A DNA stretch of 64,000 nucleotides, taken from the sequence record MZ574431.2, one strand, 5' to 3'. The notes beneath the pieces were generated by a model. It saw only the letters and a list, made by a program, of their open reading frames with translations. It did not search any database and was not told the origin of the DNA. Both the position numbers and the translations under genes were made by a program. Of this stretch, positions 8,418-17,265 are shown piece by piece; positions within the stretch are counted from its first letter, which is position 1, and every line of letters starts with the position of its first letter.

Positions 8418-9736
8418 TGCAGCTTTCCGCTCAGCAAGAAGAGGCCATCAAGGTCATCGTCAGCCGGCTGCGGGGCGAGTACCCCGAGAAGCTGACCTAT
8501 CTGGCCGGCTATGCCGGTACGGGTAAGTCGACGATCCTGCCGCACATCATCGAGGCCCTGGGCTTCCCGATCGACAAGATCAAGTTCCTGGCCCCGACCG
8601 GCAAGGCCGCCAAGGTCATGACCAAGAAGCTGGCCGCCCAAGGCTTCAAGGCCGTCGCCACCACCATCCACTCGGCGATCTACCGCGCCCGTCCAGCGCC
8701 GATCTCGCAACTGGAGGCGGAGCTTTACGAGGCCCAGACCCAGCGCGAGCGGCTGAAGATGTCGGGCGGCAAGCCCGAGGCGATCAACGCGCTCACCCGG
8801 ACGATCAATCGTCTGGAGAAGGAACTGGACGACCTCTACACCGAGGAGAAAATCCACTTCCAACTCAACCCCGACAGCATCATCAAGGACGCCATGCTCG
8901 TCGTCATCGACGAAGCGTCCATGGTGGGCCGATCGATCGCCGACGACCTGCTCTACTTCGAAATCCCGATCCTGGCGATGGGCGACCCTGGTCAGCTTCC
9001 GCCGGTTCAGGACGAGGCGGGCCTGACCGCCGGCGAGCCGGATTACTTCCTGACCGAGGTTCACCGACAGGCGGCGGACAACCCGATCCTGCAACTGGCG
9101 ACCCTCGCACGTCAGGGCAAGATCATGGTGCCCGGCGAGTACGGCGATGGCCGCGCGCGCGTCATCAAGCGCCGCGACTTCAACAACGGCCACTTCGACT
9201 GGGAGGCCGAGCCGCCGCAGTTCATCGTCGGCACCAACGCCACGCGCTGGCGCATCACCAAGATGCTGCGCCAGGGCTACGGCATCGCGGGCGCGGACCT
9301 GCCAAACTCGGGTCCCCAGGTCGGTGAGCCGCTGATCGTCTGCAAGAACAACCGCTCCTTCCCGACCCTGGTCAACGGCACCGAGGTCACCGCCGCTGAT
9401 TCGCATATGCTGATCAAGGGCCAGACGACCTTCCCTTTCAAGGTCACTGACGAGGACGGGCGCGGCTACACCCTGCCGGCCTTCCAGGGCCTCTTCGAGG
9501 AGCACTACGCCGGCAAGAAGAACGCCTTCTCGTCGAACTCGCGCTCGGCCTTCAAGGCGCGCAAGAGTTCGCTGGAGCTTGACTGGGGGTGGGCGATCAC
9601 CTGCCACAAGTCCCAGGGCTCGCAGTACGACGATGTGGTCGTGATCGATGAGAGCGGCGTGTTCCGCGATGACGGTCACCTCTGGCTCTACACCGCGATC
9701 ACCCGCGCGGCCGAACGTCTCACCATTCTGGTCTAG
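8417..9736 (+). CDS. RecD/Dda-like SF1B helicase
   Basis: GYAGTGKST, APTGKAA, IDEASM, GDPGQLPPV, TCHKSQGSQY, YTAITRA. Confidence 0.9.
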   Translation: MQLSAQQEEAIKVIVSRLRGEYPEKLTYLAGYAGTGKSTILPHIIEALGFPIDKIKFLAPTGKAAKVMTKKLAAQGFKAVATTIHSAIYRARPAPISQLEAELYEAQTQRERLKMSGGKPEAINALTRTINRLEKELDDLYTEEKIHFQLNPDSIIKDAMLVVIDEASMVGRSIADDLLYFEIPILAMGDPGQLPPVQDEAGLTAGEPDYFLTEVHRQAADNPILQLATLARQGKIMVPGEYGDGRARVIKRRDFNNGHFDWEAEPPQFIVGTNATRWRITKMLRQGYGIAGADLPNSGPQVGEPLIVCKNNRSFPTLVNGTEVTAADSHMLIKGQTTFPFKVTDEDGRGYTLPAFQGLFEEHYAGKKNAFSSNSRSAFKARKSSLELDWGWAITCHKSQGSQYDDVVVIDESGVFRDDGHLWLYTAITRAAERLTILV

Positions 9737-9745
9737 GAATCTCCC

Positions 9746-10279
9746 ATGAAAGTCTTCGCCTTCATTGGCAAGAAGGGCGCCGGCAAAGACACCGCCGCCG
9801 ACACACTGGTCGACCAGGGCTTCACCAAGTTCGCCCTGACCGACAAGGTCAAGCAAATCGTCCGTGACGTCTATGGCGTCACGGTCGAGGAGCAGACCGA
9901 TCGCGTCCTGAAGGAAACCCAACTCAAGCGCTGGCCGTATCTGAGCCCGCGCCAACTCGACCGTCTGGTCGCCGAGGACATGTTCCGGGGCCACGATCCC
10001 GACACCTGGGTCCACTACGGCGAGCGCGCCATTCGGAACCTGCTCCTGGATGGCAAGCGCAAGATCGCCGTGTCGGACCTGCGGCGTCCCAACGAGGCGG
10101 CCATGTTGCGCGACCGGTTCGACGCGACGGTGATCAGGATCGTCAACCCTCGTCTCGCCGACAACGACAAGCACGCCTCCGAGGCCGAGCAGGAACAGGT
10201 CGTCGCCGACTACACGATCTACAACGAGCGTGGCGTCCGTGATTTCCAGCAGGCCGTCCTGGCCATCGCGGGGTACTAA
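9746..10279 (+). CDS. Deoxynucleoside monophosphate kinase
   Basis: P-loop GKKGAGKDT, SDLRRPNE, HASE. Confidence 0.85.
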   Translation: MKVFAFIGKKGAGKDTAADTLVDQGFTKFALTDKVKQIVRDVYGVTVEEQTDRVLKETQLKRWPYLSPRQLDRLVAEDMFRGHDPDTWVHYGERAIRNLLLDGKRKIAVSDLRRPNEAAMLRDRFDATVIRIVNPRLADNDKHASEAEQEQVVADYTIYNERGVRDFQQAVLAIAGY

Positions 10280-10283
10280 GACC

Positions 10284-11213
10284 ATGCCCACGCCCAAGCA
10301 GGACGTCTCGACCGCCAAGGTCATCGCGTCCTCGATCCTTCCCAACGGCGTCCGCGTCGACACCCTCCAGCTTCGCTATTGGCGTCCCGTCCATGGCGAA
10401 TTCATGACCCACCGCGACTTCTCGCGCAACGGCGCCTCGGGTCGTGCCGTACCGGTGGCCTCGGTCCTGGCGCGCGAGGAGGTCTACCTTCCGCGCTTCA
10501 AGCTCAACAAGCCGGGTATGCAGCCGGGCGACTATCTCGACGACGCGGCCCAGGCCGGCGCCGAGAAGGTCTGGATGAAGGCCGTCAACGCCTGTCGCGA
10601 GGCGGCCGAATACCTGTCGAGCAAGGACGGCTTCAACGTCCACAAGCAGTGGCCCAACCGCATGATCGAGTGGTTCGGCTGGATCGACGTGCTCGTCACC
10701 TCGACGCGCTGGTCCAACTGGGACGCCCTTCGCATGCACCCCGAGGCCCAGGACGAGATTCGCTTCCTGGCCGAGGCGATGTACGAGGCGCGCCGCAACG
10801 CCAAGGTCGCCATCCTTAAGCCGGGCGAGTGGCACAAGCCCTATGTCCGCGAGGAGGAGATCGAAGCGGTCGCCCGCCTGTTCAGAGACGGTGACCTGCC
10901 TGACGACATCCGGCAGGCCCTCCATCTGATGGACGTGCCGCACCTGCAAGACGTGCCGCTTCAGGAAAAGCTCCTGCTGGCGGTCTCGGCCGCCCGCGCC
11001 TGCCGCGTCTCCTACGCCAAGATGGACGGCACCCCCGCCACCTTGGCCGACGACATGCGCCGCTTCCTGCTGCTGTCGCAGTCCAAGCCGATGCACGCCA
11101 GTCCGCTGGAGCATCAGTGCCGGTCGCTGTCGATGTTCGACATTCCGCGCCTGCAAGGCAATCTTGTCGGGACGGTGCAGTTCCGCAAGACGTTCCCCAA
11201 CGAGTGCCTGTGA
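10284..11213 (+). CDS. thyX: Flavin-dependent thymidylate synthase (phage type)
   Basis: EFMTHRDFSRNGASGRAVP signature, HASPLEH. Confidence 0.8.
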   Translation: MPTPKQDVSTAKVIASSILPNGVRVDTLQLRYWRPVHGEFMTHRDFSRNGASGRAVPVASVLAREEVYLPRFKLNKPGMQPGDYLDDAAQAGAEKVWMKAVNACREAAEYLSSKDGFNVHKQWPNRMIEWFGWIDVLVTSTRWSNWDALRMHPEAQDEIRFLAEAMYEARRNAKVAILKPGEWHKPYVREEEIEAVARLFRDGDLPDDIRQALHLMDVPHLQDVPLQEKLLLAVSAARACRVSYAKMDGTPATLADDMRRFLLLSQSKPMHASPLEHQCRSLSMFDIPRLQGNLVGTVQFRKTFPNECL

Positions 11214-11551
11214 GTGGCCTCCAGCGGCGCCTGGGGCTATGGCTCCAGGCCGCCTTTGGCGGACGCTTCACCTCGCCGCAGGACCGAGCCCTACGCGTCC
11301 TGGAAGAGGCGGTGGAACTGACCCAGGCCGTCGGCATCGGGCGCGATGTCGCCCGGCGCATGGTCGAGCACGTGTACGACCGCCCCGCCGGCGACCCGGT
11401 GCAGGAACTGGCCGGCGTCCTCAACTCCACCCTTCTGACCGCCACGGCGCTCGGCGTCGATGGTTACGAGGAAGGGTCTCGCGAACTAGCCCAGGCCTGG
11501 AAGCGGATTGATCTGATCCGCGCCAAGCAGAAAGACAAGGTGATGCTGTGA
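11210..11551 (+). CDS. MazG-like all-alpha NTP pyrophosphohydrolase-type protein
   Basis: RVLEEAVEL...QELAGV helical acidic motif; GTG start overlaps the thyX stop. Confidence 0.45.
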   Translation: MSGLQRRLGLWLQAAFGGRFTSPQDRALRVLEEAVELTQAVGIGRDVARRMVEHVYDRPAGDPVQELAGVLNSTLLTATALGVDGYEEGSRELAQAWKRIDLIRAKQKDKVML

Positions 11552-11694
11552 TCTGGTGGCTTCTGGGCGGCGCTGCCGCCGTCGGTCTCCTCTGGTGGCT
11601 CGTCCGCCTGGGCGCGGGCCTTGCCCTGCTCGAACTCGTCGGCGAGATCGCCGAGGCCCTGGCCGACGGCCTGGGCAATCTCAGCTTCGACTGA
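11548..11694 (+). CDS. Small membrane protein (48 aa)
   Basis: MIWWLLGGAAAVGLLWWLV...; overlaps the upstream stop. Confidence 0.55.
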   Translation: MIWWLLGGAAAVGLLWWLVRLGAGLALLELVGEIAEALADGLGNLSFD

Positions 11695-11788
11695 AGAAAG
11701 TCACCACGACACGTGTCGCGAGGGTTGACCCGTGTCACGATTTGCGTCACATTAACCATAAGGCCAACAGGCCTCTGTTCGGTAGCGT

Positions 11789-12070
11789 ATGTCCCAAGAC
11801 CTCTCCCCGCCTCCTCTACCTGATTTCGGTCTCGCGCTCTATGCGGTCGCGGGCGCCGAAGACACCGAAGTGGCCATGGACGTTCACGTCCCTGAGTTCG
11901 CCTCGACCGAGGACCCCGCCTCGCCCGCGCTTTTGCATGGCCTGGGCATCATGATCCTCGACCATCAAGGCGACATCGCCCGCATCGTCGACACCCTCTT
12001 CGGCGCCAAGAGGCCCTCCGAGGCCGAGGCTGTCCGCATGATCCAATCCCTGCTCCTGAAAGCTGACTGA
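11789..12070 (+). CDS. Hypothetical protein
   Basis: Phage-like codon use; coupled to the next ORF. Confidence 0.7.
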   Translation: MSQDLSPPPLPDFGLALYAVAGAEDTEVAMDVHVPEFASTEDPASPALLHGLGIMILDHQGDIARIVDTLFGAKRPSEAEAVRMIQSLLLKAD

Positions 12071-12372
12071 TGTCCACGCGTATCCCCGAAGCCGTCCTCA
12101 CCATCCACGATGACCTTGGCCAGCCGGGCCGGGTCCTCTTTTCCCTCGATCTCGACATGGAGGAACACCCCGACTCCGAGAAGGTCCCCTACTGCGACGT
12201 GGTGGCCCTGAGCCTGTTCAATCTGGCCCGCCGCCAGTCCGAGGCCTTCACCGAGACCTATCTGTCGGTGCTGGGTTGCATGGGCGAACTCAACGACGCC
12301 CTGGAAGCCGGCGCCGACGCCGAGGCCCTGGCCGCGATCCGCGCCAAGTGGGGGATCGAACTCAGTGCGTAA
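12070..12372 (+). CDS. Hypothetical protein
   Basis: TGATG coupling; GC3-biased codons. Confidence 0.7.
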   Translation: MSTRIPEAVLTIHDDLGQPGRVLFSLDLDMEEHPDSEKVPYCDVVALSLFNLARRQSEAFTETYLSVLGCMGELNDALEAGADAEALAAIRAKWGIELSA

Positions 12373-12799
12373 GCCCGACCTTGCTCTGATGCGCGCCAGC
12401 TTCGAGCAAGAGTTCGGAAGCGACGACGACGCGCTGGACATCGACGAGTTCGAGTCCATCGACGACATCGACGACGTTGTCGATCCTCGCACGGACGATC
12501 TCGACGACGACGACGACGACGAAGCGCCCGCCACCGGGCGCAAGTCGAACCTCTCCAACCGCCTGCCTCGCGAGGACTTCGCGCCGTGCGTCCATTACGA
12601 CGATCGGCCGCCGTTGATTGAGCAGTGCCAGGAAATCCTCAAGGACCGTCTTCAGATCAAGAACGGTTGCTTCTTCCTCGATCGTCGGCCGGTGCATACC
12701 GACAAGATCGTCGAGGCCGCCGGCCTTCAGTATCTGGAAGACGAGGCGCCGATGCGCTCGCCGCCGCCGCGTAGGCCCAAGCGTCGCAGGAAGTTCTGA
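12365..12799 (+). CDS. Hypothetical protein with a highly acidic N-terminus and basic C-terminus
   Basis: DDIDDVVDPRTDDLDDDDDDE; ends RRPKRRRKF. Confidence 0.7.
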   Translation: MRKPDLALMRASFEQEFGSDDDALDIDEFESIDDIDDVVDPRTDDLDDDDDDEAPATGRKSNLSNRLPREDFAPCVHYDDRPPLIEQCQEILKDRLQIKNGCFFLDRRPVHTDKIVEAAGLQYLEDEAPMRSPPPRRPKRRRKF

Positions 12800-12800
12800 C

Positions 12801-13103
12801 ATGGAAATGCAAGACTATCTGGGCATCGGCTATCTTGTCATCGCCGTTCTGACCTACCTGGGCATCATCATCGCCCTGCTGGTCAACCCCCAGACGGACG
12901 ATGAGGAGTGGCAGATGCTCCTCTGGGGCATCATCATCGGATTCTGCTGGGGTGTCATAGCCGTTTGCGGCCTTCTCTTCTGGGCCATCCCGGAAGGTTT
13001 CAAGGCCCTGCATCGCTGGCTTCATCGTCCAAAGCCCCAACCGCCCGTCCCGCCGGCGCGGCCCCCGGTCCCGGCCGACAAGCTCGACGTCGCCAAGGAC
13101 TAG
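12801..13103 (+). CDS. Hypothetical membrane protein
   Basis: Two predicted TM helices. Confidence 0.7.
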   Translation: MEMQDYLGIGYLVIAVLTYLGIIIALLVNPQTDDEEWQMLLWGIIIGFCWGVIAVCGLLFWAIPEGFKALHRWLHRPKPQPPVPPARPPVPADKLDVAKD

Positions 13104-13106
13104 CGC

Positions 13107-13391
13107 ATGACCATTCCGATCACGCGCAACACCACGATCGTCAACGTCAATCGACAGACGATCGACGCCAACTCCAAGAAGGCTCGCCTCGGCGAGCTTT
13201 CGGAGGCCGCCGCTCCCATCCGTGTCCAGAAAGGCAAGAGCGGCAAGGCCACCTACGGTTCCAAGGTGGCTGTTCTGGACGCCAAGGGCGAGGAAGTCGC
13301 CCATTTCATCTATGACCCGCAAGGCGCTCTTGTCTCCTGCGGCGCCCGGCTTGTCCTGGTCGCCCACCACGGAGCCAGGGTCGTCGAATAG
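13107..13391 (+). CDS. Hypothetical protein
   Basis: Operon position and codon bias. Confidence 0.7.
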   Translation: MTIPITRNTTIVNVNRQTIDANSKKARLGELSEAAAPIRVQKGKSGKATYGSKVAVLDAKGEEVAHFIYDPQGALVSCGARLVLVAHHGARVVE

Positions 13392-13399
13392 GAGGACAA

Positions 13400-13591
13400 A
13401 TGTCCCGTCTGCTTCTCGCCCTTCTGCCGATCCTGGCCTACCTGGGCACCCTCTGTGTCATCGTGGCCGCCTGGGTCACGCACATCGTCATCTGCCTGAA
13501 GACCGCCAATCTCGTCTTCCTGATCGCCGGCGCGCTGATCTTCCCCATCGCGGTCATTCACGGCGTCGGGTCCTGGTTCGGGGCTTGGTAG
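13400..13591 (+). CDS. Small membrane protein
   Basis: GGAGG RBS; hydrophobic throughout. Confidence 0.7.
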   Translation: MSRLLLALLPILAYLGTLCVIVAAWVTHIVICLKTANLVFLIAGALIFPIAVIHGVGSWFGAW

Positions 13592-13815
13592 CCATCACCG
13601 ACGATCACCTGCGGCGGGAGTTCAAAAAGCTCCTGACCCAGGGCTTCTACGTCGTTGACGAAGACGGCGTCATTCAGGAGGGCGAGGCGCTAGACGCTGC
13701 CCTCCTCTCCACCAAACCCTGGCGCGGCGACCTCTGGAAGGCGTTTCGCCTTCTCGAAGACCGGCTCTGGCCGGCACAGGCAACCTGCACATGTTCCTCA
13801 TCACCCTCCTGCTGA
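13585..13815 (+). CDS. Hypothetical protein (TTG start inferred)
   Basis: 3' part of ORF 13222-13815 has phage codon use and fills the gap. Confidence 0.5.
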   Translation: MVAITDDHLRREFKKLLTQGFYVVDEDGVIQEGEALDAALLSTKPWRGDLWKAFRLLEDRLWPAQATCTCSSSPSC

Positions 13816-14222
13816 TCGTCCTGCTCGTCGGCATCGCCATTGGCGCCGTCGTCTATTACGAGGGCCAGCACGACTTCCACCGCAAGGTCGACAACTATCG
13901 GGCCACCACCCTGGGCGGCCTCAACGTCTCGACCACCACCTACACCCGGCCCGCGCCCCAGGCGCTCGCCGCCCTGGGCCTCTCAACCGGCAAGTCCGCC
14001 AAGACCCTGGAGACGTACAAACCGGCGGCGGCCCAGCGCTCGACCAGCGAGGCGACGCGAGCCTCGGACGATAGTTGGCTGGTCTCGGCCGCTGCCGCAT
14101 CGAGCTTCGATTATAGCTCGTCCTACGACAGCAGCAGTTCCTACGACAGCGGCTCGTCCTTCTCGTGTGACACCTCCTCCTCGTCGTTCGACGCGGGGTC
14201 CTGCGACACCTCCAGCTTCTAG
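13791..14222 (+). CDS. Membrane-anchored protein with a Ser/Asp/Tyr-rich tail
   Basis: N-terminal TM; tail SSFDYSSSYDSSSSYDSGSSFSCDTSSSSFDAGSCDTSSF. Confidence 0.7.
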   Translation: MFLITLLLIVLLVGIAIGAVVYYEGQHDFHRKVDNYRATTLGGLNVSTTTYTRPAPQALAALGLSTGKSAKTLETYKPAAAQRSTSEATRASDDSWLVSAAAASSFDYSSSYDSSSSYDSGSSFSCDTSSSSFDAGSCDTSSF

Positions 14223-14420
14223 TTCGTCTAAGGCCTTGAAGATACTAAGACTTGTGTCTTCAAGGCCATCTACCCCTCAGTTTTGTGGTGCTCCGGGATA
14301 TGTCAAGCTGCGCGTCACGTGACGTGATTCTTGACTTCTGTCCCGTTTTGAGGCACCTTGCCAACCCTTTCGACTGAACCCAGCCCCCGCTCCGAGGGGC
14401 TTTTGTTTGCGGACCCCTAC

Positions 14421-17195
14421 ATGCCTGTTTCTCCTGCTTCCGTGCGGATCGATTCCGCGCGCGACTCCCGTTTGGACGATTTTTCGAAGCAGACGCTCAA
14501 GGAACGGTATCTCCTCCCTCACGAAACATCCCCCCAGGAGGCTTATGCGCGGACCTCGGCGGCCTTTGCCGACGACCCCGAGCATGCCCAGCGCCTCTAC
14601 GAGTACGCGTCCAAGGGCTGGCTCTCCTACGCCACCCCGCTGCTGTCCAATGGTGGGTCCGAACGTGGGCAGGCGATCTCGTGCTTCTTGACGTCGGTCG
14701 AAGACAGCCGCCAAGGCATCTTCGATCACTGGGACGAGATCGGCTGGCTCTCCAGCGTTGGCGGCGGCGTGGGCGCCAACTGGTCCGAACTACGCGCCAA
14801 CGGTGAGAAGACCTCGCGGGGCAGTCAGTCGACGGGCATCATCCCCTTCATCGCCGTCACCGACCGGATCATTCTGTCGGTCAGCCAGGGCGGCACGCGC
14901 CGGGGCTCGCTGGCGGTCTATCTCGACGTCCATCACCCGGAGATCGAGGAGTTCATCGTCGGGCGCAAGCCCACCGGCGGCGACCAGAACCGCAAGTTCA
15001 CCAACCTGCACAACGCGGTGAACATCACCGACGAGTTCATGCAGCACGTCATGTCGGGCGCGCCGTTCCCGCTGCGTTCGCCCAAGACCGGCGAGATCAT
15101 CCGCACGGTCAATCCGCGTGAACTGTGGAAGCTGATCCTCGAAACGCGCATGCAGACGGGCGAGCCCTACCTGCATTTCATCGACACCACCAACAAGCAT
15201 CTGCCGCCGACCCAGAAGGCCAAGGGCCTGAAGGTCCGCCAGTCGAACCTCTGCGTCACCGGCGCCACGCCTCTGCTGACCGATAGCGGCTATCTGCCGA
15301 TCGAGGCCCTGGCCGGCACCAAGACCAAGGTCTGGAACGGCGAGGCCTTCAGCGAGGTGGAGGTGGTGCAGACCGCCGAAGACGCCGAACTGGTTCGCGT
15401 CTGGTTCAGCGACGGCAGCTACCTGGACTGCACGCCCTACCACAAGTTCTACGATGAGGACGGCGTGGAAATCCGCGCTGGCGAACTGGGCGACGGCACG
15501 GTCCTGGAAGCGGCCAATCACCCGGTGATCCAGACGGGCGTCCAGGTGTCGGACGAGCGCGCCTACGCCGCAGGCTGGGCGACCGTCGCCGGCTTCGAGG
15601 ACAACAACCGCACGGGCGTCTTCGTCCCCGGCAAGCCTTCGGCCGAGCAGGCTCGCCGCCTGCAAACCCATTCGCTGGACTCGACACTGACCGAGGATGG
15701 ACTGCTTGTCCGCTTCGAGCCGCTGACCGTGCCCGCCGGCCTCGTGCCGCTGCACTGGAGCCTGCGCGCGCGCCAGATGTGGCTGGGCGCGGCCCTGGAC
15801 GCCGTGGGCGAGTGGGTCGATACCGAGTACGGCCCGATGCTGGGCTTTGTGACGCCTGACCCGGACCTCGTCCAGGAAACGCGACTGCTGGCCAAGTCCC
15901 TAGGCCTCAATCCGGTCATCCGCCTGACCGACAGCGGCAGCGCCTTCCTGCTGGGCACGGGCGAGGCCAACATGCTGATCACCGCCGGCTTTGTGTGCAT
16001 GCACGAGCATGGCGAGCCGGTGCTGGGCGCCCAGGACGAGATCAACACGATCAAGATCGTCGACGTCCATCCCCTGCCCTACGGCGCGGCCACCTTCTGC
16101 TTCACCGAGCCGCAGCGCAATCGTGGCGTCTTCAACGGCGTCCTGACCGGCAACTGCACCGAGATCACCCTGCCCACGGGCCGGGACGACCAGGGCAAGC
16201 TCCGTACGGCCGTCTGCTGCCTCTCGTCGGTCAACGCAGAGAAGTATTTCGAATGGCGCCACGATCCGCGCTTCATCGAAGACGTCTTCCGCGCCCTGGA
16301 CAACTGCCTCCAGGTCTTCATCGACGACACCACGCCGGGCCTGGAAAACGCGCGCTATTCGGCCAGCATGGAGCGGTCGGTCGGCGCGGGCCTCCTGGGC
16401 TTCCACTATCTGCTCCAGTCCCAGAACATCGCCTTCGCCTCGGAAGAAGCGCGCGCGCTGAACAAGGAAATCTTCGCCTATTACTCGGCCGAGGCCGAGA
16501 AGGCGTCGCTGAAGCTGGGCGCCGAACGCGGCGAAGCCCCCGACATGCTGGGCACCGGCCACCGGTTCGCCCACCGTCTGGCGATCGCGCCCAACGCCTC
16601 GACCTCGATCCTGCTGAACACCAGCCCCTCGATCGAGCCCGTCCGCGCCAACGTCTATCTGCACAAGACGCTGTCGGGCAGCTTCCGGGTCCGCAACCCC
16701 TATCTCCAGGAACTGCTGGCCAAGATCGCCATCGAGATGGAGCCGGAGACCGAAGGCCGCACCGACGAGGACCGCGCCGCCTGGGTCGAGGCCCAGTGGA
16801 AGATCATCAACGCCGACGAAGGCTCGGTGCAGAGCCTGGATTACCTGACCGATCACGAGAAGGCCGTGTTCGCCACGGCCATGGAGATCGACCAGGAGTG
16901 GGTCATCACCCACGCGGCTGACCGCCAGCCCTTCATCGACCAAGCCCAGTCGGTGAACCTGTTCTTCAAGGCCGGCACCAAGGCGCCGGAACTGATGAAG
17001 GTCCACTACGAGGCTTGGGCCAAGGGCCTGAAGTCCCTCTACTACCTGCGTTCCACGACCGCCAAGCGCGGCGAGAACGTCAACTCCAAGGTCGAGCGGA
17101 TGTCCATGCCCGTGACCCAGGAGGAAGACCTGTCCGTCGAGAAGGGGCCGCCCAGCCCGATCGAGGATAGCGCCTGCCTCTCCTGCGAGGGCTGA
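14421..17195 (+). CDS. nrdA: Class I ribonucleotide reductase alpha subunit, intein-containing
   Basis: YATPLLSN, SCF, QGGTRRG, QSNL|intein|CTEI, CCLSS, APNASTS, YYLR, C-terminal CLSCEG. Confidence 0.95.
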   Translation: MPVSPASVRIDSARDSRLDDFSKQTLKERYLLPHETSPQEAYARTSAAFADDPEHAQRLYEYASKGWLSYATPLLSNGGSERGQAISCFLTSVEDSRQGIFDHWDEIGWLSSVGGGVGANWSELRANGEKTSRGSQSTGIIPFIAVTDRIILSVSQGGTRRGSLAVYLDVHHPEIEEFIVGRKPTGGDQNRKFTNLHNAVNITDEFMQHVMSGAPFPLRSPKTGEIIRTVNPRELWKLILETRMQTGEPYLHFIDTTNKHLPPTQKAKGLKVRQSNLCVTGATPLLTDSGYLPIEALAGTKTKVWNGEAFSEVEVVQTAEDAELVRVWFSDGSYLDCTPYHKFYDEDGVEIRAGELGDGTVLEAANHPVIQTGVQVSDERAYAAGWATVAGFEDNNRTGVFVPGKPSAEQARRLQTHSLDSTLTEDGLLVRFEPLTVPAGLVPLHWSLRARQMWLGAALDAVGEWVDTEYGPMLGFVTPDPDLVQETRLLAKSLGLNPVIRLTDSGSAFLLGTGEANMLITAGFVCMHEHGEPVLGAQDEINTIKIVDVHPLPYGAATFCFTEPQRNRGVFNGVLTGNCTEITLPTGRDDQGKLRTAVCCLSSVNAEKYFEWRHDPRFIEDVFRALDNCLQVFIDDTTPGLENARYSASMERSVGAGLLGFHYLLQSQNIAFASEEARALNKEIFAYYSAEAEKASLKLGAERGEAPDMLGTGHRFAHRLAIAPNASTSILLNTSPSIEPVRANVYLHKTLSGSFRVRNPYLQELLAKIAIEMEPETEGRTDEDRAAWVEAQWKIINADEGSVQSLDYLTDHEKAVFATAMEIDQEWVITHAADRQPFIDQAQSVNLFFKAGTKAPELMKVHYEAWAKGLKSLYYLRSTTAKRGENVNSKVERMSMPVTQEEDLSVEKGPPSPIEDSACLSCEG
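15252..16154 (+). mobile_element. Intein (301 aa) in NrdA with a degenerate LAGLIDADG-like region
   Basis: Starts C-V-T-G; block B CTPYH; ends GVFNGVLTGN; the +1 residue is the catalytic Cys of QSNL-C-TEI. Confidence 0.92.
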
Positions 17196-17204
17196 ACGCC
17201 CGCC

Positions 17205-17228
17205 GAGGCCCCGGACAGCCGGGGCCTC
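17205..17228 (+). other. GC-rich intergenic hairpin between nrdA and nrdB
   Basis: GAGGCCCCGG-ACAG-CCGGGGCCTC with no U-tract. Confidence 0.6.
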
Positions 17229-17265
17229 ACCTTCCCCTGATCCCACTTTACCGACTGGACGGACG

